From positions 8,891-72,890 of the forward strand of contig JAXKEA010000010.1 of the NCBI GenBank assembly GCA_036551635.1: a stretch of 64,000 nt of DNA, written 5' to 3'. The first letter of the stretch is position 1; every line of letters starts with the position of its first letter. Origin of the DNA: Collinsella sp. GTDB lineage: Bacteria; Actinomycetota; Coriobacteriia; Coriobacteriales; Coriobacteriaceae. The notes below the pieces were generated by a model. The model was not told the origin of the DNA. It was given only the letters and a program-made list of their open reading frames with translations, and did no database searches. The translations under genes and the position numbers were made by a program. This document shows positions 20,257 through 29,821 of the stretch, one piece after another.

Positions 20257-20886
20257 CTACATGCTCGCAGGCTCTTCCATAAAGGCCATGAGCCTGCGGT
20301 TGAGCAGACGACCCCAAAACGTGCAGATACCGCCCGCCAGGAGCGCGGCGGCTACGGTGCCGATACCGATGCCCACCGCAGCACCCGTACGCACAAGCCC
20401 GTAGACCAGTGAGATGCCCACACAGCTCCCGTCAAAGAAATACTTCGCCTTACCAAATTCACAGTGAAACACCTGGGAGAGCGTCTGCACCATGCCGTCG
20501 GGCGCAACGGGAACGAGCCGCGCGGAGACGATCGGCGTCACGCCGAGCGCTGTGAACGATACGGCGATGACCAGCATGACCAGGCCATCGATGAGTCCCG
20601 TTGCGGTAAATGGAAACAGCCAGATATCCAGCACGTCGATGAAAACGCTAAACAGCAGACTGACGGGTATCTGCAAGAGAATCTTGACATCCGGGTAGCG
20701 CACCAGGAGAAGCTGGGCAACCACGAATACGCAATACACGATAAACGATGCCGTACCGAGGCTCAAACCCTCGATGATATACATCAGGTACGGCACCGTA
20801 CTCATGGGCGCTACACCAAGCCCCGTGCGTGCATTCATTACAACGCCGCAGCTCAGGAATAGAATCCCACATACGTAGACCATCAT
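20257..20886 (-). CDS. YczE/YyaS/YitT-like (DUF6198) membrane protein
   Basis: Hydrophobic; LGVAPMSTVPY, QIPVSLLFSVFID and GIGIGTV motifs. An upstream in-frame ATG at 20910 is followed by TAG at codon 3. Confidence 0.75.
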   Translation of the reverse strand: MMVYVCGILFLSCGVVMNARTGLGVAPMSTVPYLMYIIEGLSLGTASFIVYCVFVVAQLLLVRYPDVKILLQIPVSLLFSVFIDVLDIWLFPFTATGLIDGLVMLVIAVSFTALGVTPIVSARLVPVAPDGMVQTLSQVFHCEFGKAKYFFDGSCVGISLVYGLVRTGAAVGIGIGTVAAALLAGGICTFWGRLLNRRLMAFMEEPASM

Positions 20887-20979
20887 TCGACGCGTTGGAC
20901 TCTACCGCATCACATCACTCTCTCGTTCGCATCTTCACCTATCGGCACGAATAGCGCTCCGTAACATCGCCCCAAGGCG

Positions 20980-22467
20980 TCACTCGTACGCAATCGTCGC
21001 CTCGACGGCATGGCGCCAGCCGGCGATCTTTTTGGCTCGCTCGTCAGCGGGCATCGACGGCTCCACGATGCCACGGGCGCCGTAGACGTCGACGACATCG
21101 CGCGTATACATGCCCAGCGCGATACCGCAGGCCCAAGCCGCGCCCAGACCGCTCATCTCGTCGTTGCTCGCAATGCGGATGGGCGAGCCGACCAAATCGC
21201 TCTCAAACTGCATCAGGTACGCGTCGCGCGTGGGGCCGCCGTCAACACGAAGCTCGGCAAGCGCCGCGCCCGAATCCTCGACCATCGCATCAATGACGTC
21301 AAAAATCTGATAGGCGATCGACTCGTCGGCAGCCTTTACGAACTCCGCGCGGCCCGTGGTGCGTGTCATACCAAAAACGCATCCCTCGGCATCACTTGCC
21401 CAGTGCGGCGCACCCAGGCCGGTAAACGCCGGCACAAAGTAAACATGGCTCGCCGGGTTGGCGGCGTAGCACAGGTCGGTGACCTCCTCGGGGTTGTTGA
21501 TGAGCTCCAGGTCGTCGCGCAGCCAGGTCTTGACGGCGCCGGCGTAGCTCACGTTGCCCTCGAGTACATACTCGGTCACGCCATCCATACGCCACGCAAG
21601 CGAGCTCGAAAGCCCGTGCGAGCTGGCGACAAACTCGTTGCCGACGTTCATCATGACCGAGCTACCGGTGCCATAGGTCGCTTTGGCCATGCCGCGGCTG
21701 TGGCAACCCTGCGCAAACAGGGCCGCATGGCTGTCGCCCAGCACGCCGTGTACCGGCACGGGTGCGGGCAAAAAGCCATCCAGGTCCGTTGTGCCAAACA
21801 GACCGTCGGAATCGGTCACCTGCGGCAGGCAGGCCGGATCGATGCCAAAGGCCTCGCACACCGGCTCGCTCCAGCTGCCACGGCGCAGGTCGAAGAGCTG
21901 CGTGCGGCTGGCATTGGACCAGTCACAGCGAAACTCCGCGCCGCCCGTGAGCGTCCAGACCACCCAGGCATCGATGGTGCCCAGACACAGCTCACCCGAC
22001 GCCGCGGCCTCGGCAGCCGCCGGAACGTTCGCGAGAATCCAAGCCATCTTGCCCGCCGGATAGTAGGGCGAGAGCACCAGGCCCGTTGTGTCACGCACCA
22101 GCTCCGCCACGCCTTCGCGCGCCGCAAGCTCGTCACACAGCTCGCGGGCGCGGGCACACTGCCACACCACGGCGTCGCACAGCGGCTCTCCCGTCGTGCG
22201 GTTCCAGGCAACGGTGGTCTCGCGCTGGTTGGAGATGCCAATACCAGCAATGTCGGCCGGATTGACCCCGGTCTCCTCCACCACGGCACGCGCCACGGCC
22301 AACACGTTGGCGGCGATCTCGACCGGATCATGGCTCACCCAGCCGGCATCATTGACAATCTGGCGATGCGAGCGGTCGGCACGATGAATCAGATGGCCGC
22401 CCTCGTCCACCAGCAGCGCCTTGGTGCCCTGCGTGGACTGATCGATTCCGATGATGTATTTGCTCAT
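20980..22467 (-). CDS. FGGY-family carbohydrate kinase (glycerol-kinase-like; candidate apulose or triose kinase)
   Basis: IGIDQSTQGTKA, SNQRETT, VWQC, SNASRTQL, KATYGTG, PAFTGLGAPHW, VDGG. Confidence 0.9.
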   Translation of the reverse strand: MSKYIIGIDQSTQGTKALLVDEGGHLIHRADRSHRQIVNDAGWVSHDPVEIAANVLAVARAVVEETGVNPADIAGIGISNQRETTVAWNRTTGEPLCDAVVWQCARARELCDELAAREGVAELVRDTTGLVLSPYYPAGKMAWILANVPAAAEAAASGELCLGTIDAWVVWTLTGGAEFRCDWSNASRTQLFDLRRGSWSEPVCEAFGIDPACLPQVTDSDGLFGTTDLDGFLPAPVPVHGVLGDSHAALFAQGCHSRGMAKATYGTGSSVMMNVGNEFVASSHGLSSSLAWRMDGVTEYVLEGNVSYAGAVKTWLRDDLELINNPEEVTDLCYAANPASHVYFVPAFTGLGAPHWASDAEGCVFGMTRTTGRAEFVKAADESIAYQIFDVIDAMVEDSGAALAELRVDGGPTRDAYLMQFESDLVGSPIRIASNDEMSGLGAAWACGIALGMYTRDVVDVYGARGIVEPSMPADERAKKIAGWRHAVEATIAYE

Positions 22468-22638
22468 GTACTCTCCCATTCCTTCCGCCAAATCAAAGAC
22501 AGCCTGGCGGACAAGGAGCGAGCGACCGCCAAGTGCCGCAGATTGCCGTGAAAGAGGAGCGCCGCGTACTTTGTGTACGCAAGCGACGGTTTGAACGGCA
22601 AGGTGCGGTGCTTGGCGGCCGCGCAGCGTCTGTGTCTA

Positions 22639-23577
22639 CTAGTTGCCGAGGAACTCGGCAACGGTCTTGGCAATGCCTTCGCCGGTGAGGCCGTAGTGCG
22701 CAAAGACCTCGGGGCTCGTGCCGGTGATGACCGGCGCGTCGGGCAGGGAGAGGCACTTGACCGGACGCGGGCAATGCTCGCCCACCACCTGCGCGACCAT
22801 AGAGCCCAAGCCGCCGAAGGGACTGTGCTCCTCGACAGTCACGACGGCGCGCGTGGCACCGGCGGCCTCAATCACGGCCTCGGCGTCGAGCGGCTTGACG
22901 CAATACATGTCGAGTACCGTTGCCGAGATGCCCTGCTCGGCCAGCAGGTCGGCAGCGTCCACGGCATGGCGGACCATCTCGCCGGTAGCGACGAGCGTTA
23001 CATCGGTGCCGCGGCGTACCCAGGTGGCGCGATCCATCTGGAACGGGCACTCGTCCTCGGTGTACACGTCCTCGACCGGGTTGCGGCCCACGCGGATGTA
23101 GGCCGGCTTGTTGTCGGCGACCAGGGCGCGCACGAGCTCGGCGGTCTGGAAGCGGTCGCTCGGCAGATACACGCGCATGTTGGGAATCGCGCTCATGGCG
23201 GCGATATCCTGCGCGGAGTGATGGCTCATGCCCAAGGCGCCGTAGGACACGCCGCCCGAGATGCCGATGAGCTTGACGTTGGTGCTGGAGTACGAGACGT
23301 CGACCTTGCACTGCTCATACGAGCGCGTGGTCACAAAGGACGCCGGCGAGGCGGCCCAGGCCTTCTTGCCGCACGAAGCCATGCCGGCGGCGATGCTCAC
23401 CAGGTCCTGCTCGGCGATGCCGACCTCGACGGACTGCTGGGGATACTGATCGAAGAACGGCGTGAGCGATGCGGAACCGCGGGAGTCGGAGCACAGGACG
23501 ACGATGTCCTTATCGGTCTTCGCGGCCTCGAGCAGCGTGTCGCAGATAACCTTGCGATTGGCGATCTTGTTAGCCAT
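22639..23577 (-). CDS. Transketolase, C-terminal (pyrimidine-binding) subunit
   Basis: EVGIAEQ, RSYEQ, GMSHHSAQD, YIRVGR, KPLD, EEHS..GGLGS. Confidence 0.93.
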   Translation of the reverse strand: MANKIANRKVICDTLLEAAKTDKDIVVLCSDSRGSASLTPFFDQYPQQSVEVGIAEQDLVSIAAGMASCGKKAWAASPASFVTTRSYEQCKVDVSYSSTNVKLIGISGGVSYGALGMSHHSAQDIAAMSAIPNMRVYLPSDRFQTAELVRALVADNKPAYIRVGRNPVEDVYTEDECPFQMDRATWVRRGTDVTLVATGEMVRHAVDAADLLAEQGISATVLDMYCVKPLDAEAVIEAAGATRAVVTVEEHSPFGGLGSMVAQVVGEHCPRPVKCLSLPDAPVITGTSPEVFAHYGLTGEGIAKTVAEFLGN

Positions 23578-24406
23578 TGATGGCCTCCTTATGGGCAGCG
23601 AAATCGGCGATGATCTGGGCATATTCCTCATCGTTGGGCAGATGATGATGCCAGGCGGCCTTGTCCTCCATAACGGGCGAGCCATAGCCCTTCACCGTGT
23701 TGAGGATGATGACCGTGGGCTTTCCGCTGGTCTCGGCCGCAAGCGTCAGCGCAGCGTCGATGGCCTGGACGTCGTTGCCCGGAATGGAGAGCACGTTCCA
23801 GCCGAAGGCGGCCCAGCGCTCCTCCTGCGAATCCTGCTTCATGACGTCCTCGGTGCTGCCGCTGATCTGCAGGCGGTTGCGGTCCACGAGCGCGCACAGG
23901 TTATCGAGCTGGTAGTTGCCGCCGCTCATGGCGCCTTCCCAGACCGAGCCCTCGGCAAGCTCGCCGTCGCCCATGATGGTGTAGACGCGGTAGTCGCGGC
24001 CGTCCATCTTGCCTGCAAGCGCCATGCCGACGGCCACGGGCAGGCCATGGCCCAGCGAACCGGAGTTCATCTCGATGCCCTTGAGCTTGTTGTTGGGGTG
24101 GCCGATGTAGGGGCTGCCGAACTTGGAGAAGCGGGCCTTGACGTCGTCGAGGTCCAGATAGCCCTCGTGGCACAGCACCGCGTAGTAGGCCTCCATGGCG
24201 TGGCCCTTGGAGAGCACAAAGCGGTCGCGGTTGGGATCGTCGACGGTCTCGGGCGAAATGTTAAGGTGGTTGGCGTAGAGGGTCATGAGGGCGTCGATCA
24301 CCGACATGTCGCCGCCGATGTGGCCGCCGGCGCCGGCCATGATGATGTCGACGCAATCGCGGCGGAGGTCCCAGCGCAGGGACTCAAGCTCTTCGATAGT
24401 TGCCAT
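23570..24406 (-). CDS. Transketolase, N-terminal (TPP-binding) subunit
   Basis: GHIGG, RDRFVLSKGH, GSLGHGL, GDGELAEGSVWE, TVKGYG; overlaps the next gene. Confidence 0.93.
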   Translation of the reverse strand: MATIEELESLRWDLRRDCVDIIMAGAGGHIGGDMSVIDALMTLYANHLNISPETVDDPNRDRFVLSKGHAMEAYYAVLCHEGYLDLDDVKARFSKFGSPYIGHPNNKLKGIEMNSGSLGHGLPVAVGMALAGKMDGRDYRVYTIMGDGELAEGSVWEGAMSGGNYQLDNLCALVDRNRLQISGSTEDVMKQDSQEERWAAFGWNVLSIPGNDVQAIDAALTLAAETSGKPTVIILNTVKGYGSPVMEDKAAWHHHLPNDEEYAQIIADFAAHKEAING

Positions 24407-24408
24407 TT

Positions 24409-25809
24409 CTACTCTCCTCGCAGGTAGGCTTTGACGTCTTCTTCGATGGGGTCGTACAGGTCGGGCTGGATGCCGATGTACTTGCATGCCTCGTAGAGCA
24501 CCGGCACCACGTTGGCGTGGATGGCCACGCAGTGGTGGATGTAGGGGCCCTCGACGATCTTTGCCTCGAGGCGCTTGAGGTTCTCGACCTCGACCCACAG
24601 GTAGGTGCCCATACCGGCCGGGCCGTCGATGCCGCGGGCATTGCCCAGCAGCAGCGAGTACTCGCCGTTGTCGCCGTCAAAGCGGGCAAGGGTGAGGTCG
24701 CCGTGCTTGGCCTCGGCCGTCAGCGCGCCGGGGTGATCGAAGGCCAGCGGATAGGTGAGCTTGGGCTTGACGGCCGCGCAGCTGCAGGGCCAGGGGCCGC
24801 AGTGCTGCAACAGCTCGCCGTTCTCGTTGTCGGGATGGCGGACGGTCCAGTCGGCGAACATGCCGCGGTGACGGCCAAGATCGGCGGCCTCGACCATGAG
24901 CGCGGTGATGGCGCCGTGGATGTCGGTCTCGCAGACGACGGGGATACCCATCTCGTTGAGGATGGCGTTGGCGGCGCAGGGCATAATGCCCAGCTCGTCC
25001 TGCAGGGCGTTCCAGCACTGGATGGCGCCGGCGTTGCAGCCGTACTTCTCGACCAGACGCTTCATGGCGATGGCGAGTCCTGCGACCGCGGGGACCTTGT
25101 CCTCGGGGATGCAGATCTCAAAGCTGTCGGCGATGTGGGCGAGCATGGCGGCCATGGCTTGCTCGTCGGCCTGGGCGTCGCGCACGGCCTGAACAAGCTC
25201 GGTCATGGGGATGGGCGAAAGCTGGATGTTGAACTTCTCGAGCAGCTCGCCCTCGTTGCACATGGTCGACCAGAAGTCGAACGGGCGGGTGGCCATCTGC
25301 AGGATGCGGGTGTGCTTGAAGGTCTTAACGACGTTGCACACGGCCAGGAAGTCCCAGACGCCGCGCTCGAACTCGGGATCAGTCAGACGGCAGTTGGTCA
25401 TGTAGGTGAAGGGGACCTGGAAGCGGCGCAGGACCTTGCCGGTGGCGAACAGGCCGCACTGGCTGTCGCGCAGGCGGGTGCCATCGGGCTCGGGGCGCTC
25501 GTCGCGCGGGCCCCACAGCAGCACGGGCAGACCGAGCTCGCGGGCAAGGCGGGCGCAGACGTACTCGGTACCAAAGTTGGCGTGGCACAGCATGATGCCG
25601 TCAACGCCCTCGGCGCGGAACTTCTTGACGATAGGCTCGATATGGCTGTCGTCGAACAGCAGGCCCTCGTCATTAATGTCGTCGATGTCCACGATGTCGA
25701 CGCCGATCTCGCGCAGGCGATCAGCCGTCAAGCCGCGATACTTGATCGCGTCCGGCGCGCTAAAGATACTGCGGCGCGTGGGCACAAAACCGAGCTTGAT
25801 CTTATCCAT
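24409..25809 (-). CDS. L-fucose/L-arabinose isomerase-family protein
   Basis: NFGTE, RDSQCG, AIQCW, CETDIHG and HCG metal ligands, GPYIHH; GGAGG SD. Confidence 0.88.
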   Translation of the reverse strand: MDKIKLGFVPTRRSIFSAPDAIKYRGLTADRLREIGVDIVDIDDINDEGLLFDDSHIEPIVKKFRAEGVDGIMLCHANFGTEYVCARLARELGLPVLLWGPRDERPEPDGTRLRDSQCGLFATGKVLRRFQVPFTYMTNCRLTDPEFERGVWDFLAVCNVVKTFKHTRILQMATRPFDFWSTMCNEGELLEKFNIQLSPIPMTELVQAVRDAQADEQAMAAMLAHIADSFEICIPEDKVPAVAGLAIAMKRLVEKYGCNAGAIQCWNALQDELGIMPCAANAILNEMGIPVVCETDIHGAITALMVEAADLGRHRGMFADWTVRHPDNENGELLQHCGPWPCSCAAVKPKLTYPLAFDHPGALTAEAKHGDLTLARFDGDNGEYSLLLGNARGIDGPAGMGTYLWVEVENLKRLEAKIVEGPYIHHCVAIHANVVPVLYEACKYIGIQPDLYDPIEEDVKAYLRGE

Positions 25810-25831
25810 GTACGTCCTCCCCTAGTCACAT

Positions 25832-25880
25832 GTTCAGTAAACAGACGCATGTTTCGTTTTGTTCTGTTTACTAAATGTTT
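25832..25880 (-). promoter_or_regulatory. Two operator-like boxes upstream of the isomerase operon
   Basis: GTTCAGTAAACA (reverse complement TGTTTACTGAAC, identical to 2203-2214) and TGTTTACTAAATGTTT. Confidence 0.55.
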
Positions 25881-25974
25881 TACTCTTCTGTTTAGAAGTT
25901 TAACGCGAAATACCCGTAAACGGTAGAGAAATCAGCCTAAACGGTATGTAAACAATCTGAACATACAAGGGGAA

Positions 25975-26004
25975 CAAAAAAGAGGGCCCCGAAGGACCCT
26001 CTCT
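25975..26004 (-). terminator. Intrinsic terminator after the PTS EIIA gene
   Basis: Minus strand reads AGAGGGTCC-TTCG-GGGCCCTCT followed by a T-tract. Confidence 0.8.
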
Positions 26005-26090
26005 ATCCGTAGCTGTATGTGAACGGGCGCATTGTCGTCTCTTCGGCGCAAGCATGCGTCGCAACAATGGCCTGTCGGCAGAGCCGGTGG

Positions 26091-26408
26091 CTAAGCGCCC
26101 ATCTTGCGATAGACGTCCACGAACTCCTTGGCCAGGATGCCAAAGCCCTCGGCACTCATAAGCTGGTCCTCGGCATGAACGACCAAAAGGTCGATGCTCA
26201 GGTCCTCGCCGGCAGCCGTCTGCTGGACAAGGCCGCCGTGAGCCGCGTGACCCTCGGCATAATGCTGCTGGCCCTCGGCGATCTTTGCCTCGGCCTCTTC
26301 GAACTTACCGTCGCGGGCCAGGTGAATCGCATCGATATAGCAGCTACGCGCGCAGCCGACGCCTGCAATGATCTGAAAGCTCTGAAGCTGAATCTCTTCT
26401 GTCGTCAT
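26091..26408 (-). CDS. PTS lactose/cellobiose-family EIIA
   Basis: G.ARS, GHAAH and phospho-His motif VHAEDQLM. Confidence 0.93.
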   Translation of the reverse strand: MTTEEIQLQSFQIIAGVGCARSCYIDAIHLARDGKFEEAEAKIAEGQQHYAEGHAAHGGLVQQTAAGEDLSIDLLVVHAEDQLMSAEGFGILAKEFVDVYRKMGA

Positions 26409-26410
26409 GC

Positions 26411-26713
26411 TTAGAGCCTCATCAGTTCCTTGGCTTGGGCTAGCGCCTTAACGCCGTCCATCATGCCGTAGGTGGTCATGGGGATCACGCCCACCGGCAC
26501 CTCGGGACATGCGGCGCAGACCTCGTCCTTGGCATAGCCAACCTGCGGCCCAAGCAGGATGCAGTCGGCATTGCGGCCAATGGTCGCGGCTTCGTTGACG
26601 GCGTGGGCGGAGACCTCGCACTCCAGACCCTCGGCGTCAGCAGCCTTCTTGATGTTCTTCATGATGATGCTCGTGGACATGCCGCCGGCGCACATTAGAA
26701 CGATGTTTTTCAT
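26411..26713 (-). CDS. PTS lactose/cellobiose-family EIIB
   Basis: CAGGMSTS, LLGPQV, YGMMDG. Confidence 0.93.
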   Translation of the reverse strand: MKNIVLMCAGGMSTSIIMKNIKKAADAEGLECEVSAHAVNEAATIGRNADCILLGPQVGYAKDEVCAACPEVPVGVIPMTTYGMMDGVKALAQAKELMRL

Positions 26714-26803
26714 TGCAGTTCCTTTCCTGTAACCCCTCACAGGGACTTATATGTTTCGGCGATCAACGCGATCGACCGAACCTTCGAACTTGTGGACAAT
26801 GAC

Positions 26804-28087
26804 CTACTCGGCAGAAGCCTTTGCAGCAGCTTCCTCGGCCAGTGCCTCCTTATCGGCCATCTTGACGAACGGGATAAACAGCAGTCCGACCAGCAGGATT
26901 GCGGCGAGGACGATTGCGACCAGGCCAATGCCGCCCGTAAAGAAGTTGCTGATGGGCAGCGGCACGACAAACGGCATGGAAATGGTCGGGTTAAATGCAT
27001 TGCCCAGACCGAGCATCAGGCCGACGGCGGCAGCAATGCAGGCCACGGGCTTGAGCAGGATGTAGGGGATGAACATATAAGGGTTCATGGCAATGGGCGT
27101 ACCGAAGATGATGGGCTCGGAGATGTTGAAGAGTGCGGGCACCAGGGCAATCTTGGAGAGGGCCTTGTAGCGCTCGGACTTGGCCGTGAGCAGCGCAAGC
27201 TCCATGCCAAGGGCGTCAACAGAACCGACAGAGAACATGATGATGAACGACAGGTACGGCAGTGGCTGGCCGGCAACGAATGCCTCGGTGTTGGCAAGAG
27301 CGCAGGCCTGGATAACCGGCATGTACACGCCCATCAGGACGCTGGGGTGGATACCAAAGAAGAACAGCAGGTTGCACAGCGTAAAGTAAATGACAACGGC
27401 CCAGGGGCTGGAGCCCAGGAACATAACGGGAGTGGCAATGGTGCTGTTGATGAGGTTAAAGACATCGCCGAAGCTCGTCATGCCCATGCCCCACTTAACC
27501 AGAGCAGCCGTGGTGAAGATGACGATGGCGCAGAACATCGGAGACAGCGAATCGGTAACGAACTGAGGGACGGAATCGGGCATGGGGATGGCGATATGCT
27601 TCATAAGGAAGTTAAGCGCCTTCGGCACGATCAACGCCACGAGCAGCGCAACGAACAGACCCGAGCTGCCCAGATAACGGGTCACGATAAACGTCGAGCC
27701 GTCCTCGGCATGGCCAAGAGGAATCAGCAGGAGCAAAACGCCAATAGCCGCAACCGTCGACGTAAGGCCTTTGTTCCCGAGCACCTTGCCGTAGGAGTAC
27801 GAGACCGAGGCGCACATGTAGATGGCGCCGAGGTTCATGGTAACGACCAGTACGTCGGTAATCGTCGCCGACATGCCGGTGCTGGCAAGGAACGCCTGCA
27901 GCGGCGGGATCGGCAGCCCGTTGATAATGGAGAGCAGCGCCACGCCCAGCGTAACGGGCATGGTCGCCATCATGCCGGACATAAGGCCCTTTACGACGTT
28001 AAAGCTACTCACTTTGTGGGCAATGGGGCCCACGTGCTTCTCGAGGAAGCCCTGCATCGAATCGAGAACGCTCATTTTTGTGTTCAC
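26804..28087 (-). CDS. PTS lactose/cellobiose-family EIIC
   Basis: YLGSSGLFVA, FFGIH, PALFNISEPIIFG.P..MNP; about 10 TMs. Confidence 0.92.
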   Translation of the reverse strand: MNTKMSVLDSMQGFLEKHVGPIAHKVSSFNVVKGLMSGMMATMPVTLGVALLSIINGLPIPPLQAFLASTGMSATITDVLVVTMNLGAIYMCASVSYSYGKVLGNKGLTSTVAAIGVLLLLIPLGHAEDGSTFIVTRYLGSSGLFVALLVALIVPKALNFLMKHIAIPMPDSVPQFVTDSLSPMFCAIVIFTTAALVKWGMGMTSFGDVFNLINSTIATPVMFLGSSPWAVVIYFTLCNLLFFFGIHPSVLMGVYMPVIQACALANTEAFVAGQPLPYLSFIIMFSVGSVDALGMELALLTAKSERYKALSKIALVPALFNISEPIIFGTPIAMNPYMFIPYILLKPVACIAAAVGLMLGLGNAFNPTISMPFVVPLPISNFFTGGIGLVAIVLAAILLVGLLFIPFVKMADKEALAEEAAAKASAE

Positions 28088-28170
28088 TGATCCTCTCTAA
28101 ACGATTCATCTAGCTGTCAAACGGGAAATTGCGGCCGACTCTTTCCCGCCTATGACCAATGGAAATATGG

Positions 28171-29793
28171 TTACGCCTTGAGCTCGAGGACGAGGAGCCA
28201 ATCCCCAACCCCGGGTTTGTCAGGCAGGGTAATGCTGTCCGTGACGGCAAGGGCGTCCTCGCCGTCACGGTATGCGCCCGTGCGAGGGTTAAACCATCGG
28301 CTTGCATAGGCAGCGCCCGTCGGCACACCCTCGATAGCAAGCTTTTGGCGCACGGTATCGCCAAAGTACGCGACGATGCGCGAAAGGTCCTGGTTGGCGG
28401 TTGCCAGCGGAGCCTTGTTGGCAAACAGGTTGCCCGCATCGGTCGTTTCGTAGGGAGCGAGCTCCCAGAAGTGATTGTCTTCGTAGAAGGAACGCATGTA
28501 GCCCATCTGGACCGCACCTTCTCCGTCTACCGCCTGGGCCCAAGTAATGCCAAAGCGGTTGAAGATCGCCATAAAGGGGTCGAGCTCCTCAGGGCTTTCC
28601 CACACGTTGTCCCAGATTCCCTGGGCTCCGTAGGTATAGCCGGCGCCGCCGGCCTGCATGCAGATATACGCCACGCGGCGCAGCATGTCTGCGGTGCACA
28701 GGCGCGTACCCATCTCCTCGAGCGTCGAGCAAAACTCGTAGAGCGCCTCGCCCTCAACGAAGGGCTTGTCGTCATGAGCTGCCAGATAGTCAAAGTAGTC
28801 GCTTGCCTTGATGAGGTAATCGCCGTGACCGGCCTGGTTGAGCGTAAAGTCCATCCAGGGTTCATCCTGGTAGTAATCGGCAAAGGGGCGCTCGTTGGTA
28901 TAGTGCGCCGTCGCCAGATGACCATAGCCGTCGCGTGCCTCAATCTCCAAGGCGACCTCACGCCAGCCGTCAAGCATGGCGGCTCGACCTTCTTTGCGGT
29001 ATCCGGCAACCTCGCCGGCAAGCGTCCACACCATCGGATATGCACCGTAGCGCGCCACCAGGTAGCGGGCGAGGTGCTTTTGGTGTTCCACGGCATGCTC
29101 GCCGAGAATGGCAAACGCCCACGCTTGCCCAAGTGCGTTCACTAAGCCCGCATCGGCAATATAGGCCATGCGGCGGTCGAGCTCCCGCTGGTAGAAGGCC
29201 ACATTAGGCACGTCTTCCACGCCCTTGGCCATGCCACCGTCAATCCAATAGCGATCTCCTGCGCCCATGTCAGAGCGCAGGTTGGTCTGATAGACGGTAA
29301 AGCCCTGCTCGGCACGTAGGTCGACCATACCGCGAAATTGGCTCGTCATGCCGGGGTGGTTCGACGCATCCCAGCTCTCACGGTAGGCAAACTCCCAATG
29401 GGTATCGCCCAGCCAAAAGAACGGCGTACCATCTGAATAGGCAAACATGCGCGGATCGTCTGCAACGCGGATAAAACCGTGGCGATACAGATCGAGGTCG
29501 CCCGCGTACGGCACGGCCTCGACGCGGCCCGTGCAGCCATTAAGACCGGTCTGCTCGGGAGCCTCGATAACATAGCTCCAAGCGCCGAGCTCGGTCGGAG
29601 CAAACGACACGCAGTAGGTACGCCCACCATCCCAGTAGGCCTCGCGGCGAATTACCCTGCCACTCGGTCCGGTGAACTCCGCCCAAATCTCAACGTCTAA
29701 AAACGGGTTATCGAACGAACAGGCGCTCTCAAACGTCAGTACAACCGGGCGCCAAATCTCGGCAACAGCGTCCTTGTTCAACGTCATATCCAT
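28171..29793 (-). CDS. DUF5060 + DUF4038 (apiosidase-like, GH140-related) glycoside hydrolase with a C-terminal beta-sandwich
   Basis: NPF....AYWDGG..FAPTELGAW (DUF5060); DGTPFFWLGDTHW, YLVARYG, WTLAGE, Q.GH, KP.VEGEALYE, GYTYGAQGIW; C-terminal WFNPRTG..DWLLVL. No signal peptide seen. Confidence 0.85.
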   Translation of the reverse strand: MDMTLNKDAVAEIWRPVVLTFESACSFDNPFLDVEIWAEFTGPSGRVIRREAYWDGGRTYCVSFAPTELGAWSYVIEAPEQTGLNGCTGRVEAVPYAGDLDLYRHGFIRVADDPRMFAYSDGTPFFWLGDTHWEFAYRESWDASNHPGMTSQFRGMVDLRAEQGFTVYQTNLRSDMGAGDRYWIDGGMAKGVEDVPNVAFYQRELDRRMAYIADAGLVNALGQAWAFAILGEHAVEHQKHLARYLVARYGAYPMVWTLAGEVAGYRKEGRAAMLDGWREVALEIEARDGYGHLATAHYTNERPFADYYQDEPWMDFTLNQAGHGDYLIKASDYFDYLAAHDDKPFVEGEALYEFCSTLEEMGTRLCTADMLRRVAYICMQAGGAGYTYGAQGIWDNVWESPEELDPFMAIFNRFGITWAQAVDGEGAVQMGYMRSFYEDNHFWELAPYETTDAGNLFANKAPLATANQDLSRIVAYFGDTVRQKLAIEGVPTGAAYASRWFNPRTGAYRDGEDALAVTDSITLPDKPGVGDWLLVLELKA

Positions 29794-29821
29794 TGCAGAC
29801 CCCTCTCCGGTCTTAGTCCTG

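Noticed and set aside
20980..22467. Assigning the symbol glpK
   Set aside because: The N-terminal motif differs from GlpK, no glpF/glpD is adjacent, and the context points to another substrate.
18532..25809. Lsr-type AI-2 catabolism linked to luxS
   Set aside because: No LsrB/LsrF/LsrG-like genes were recognised, and luxS is separated from the sugar genes by REP/terminator hairpins, so the adjacency is probably incidental.
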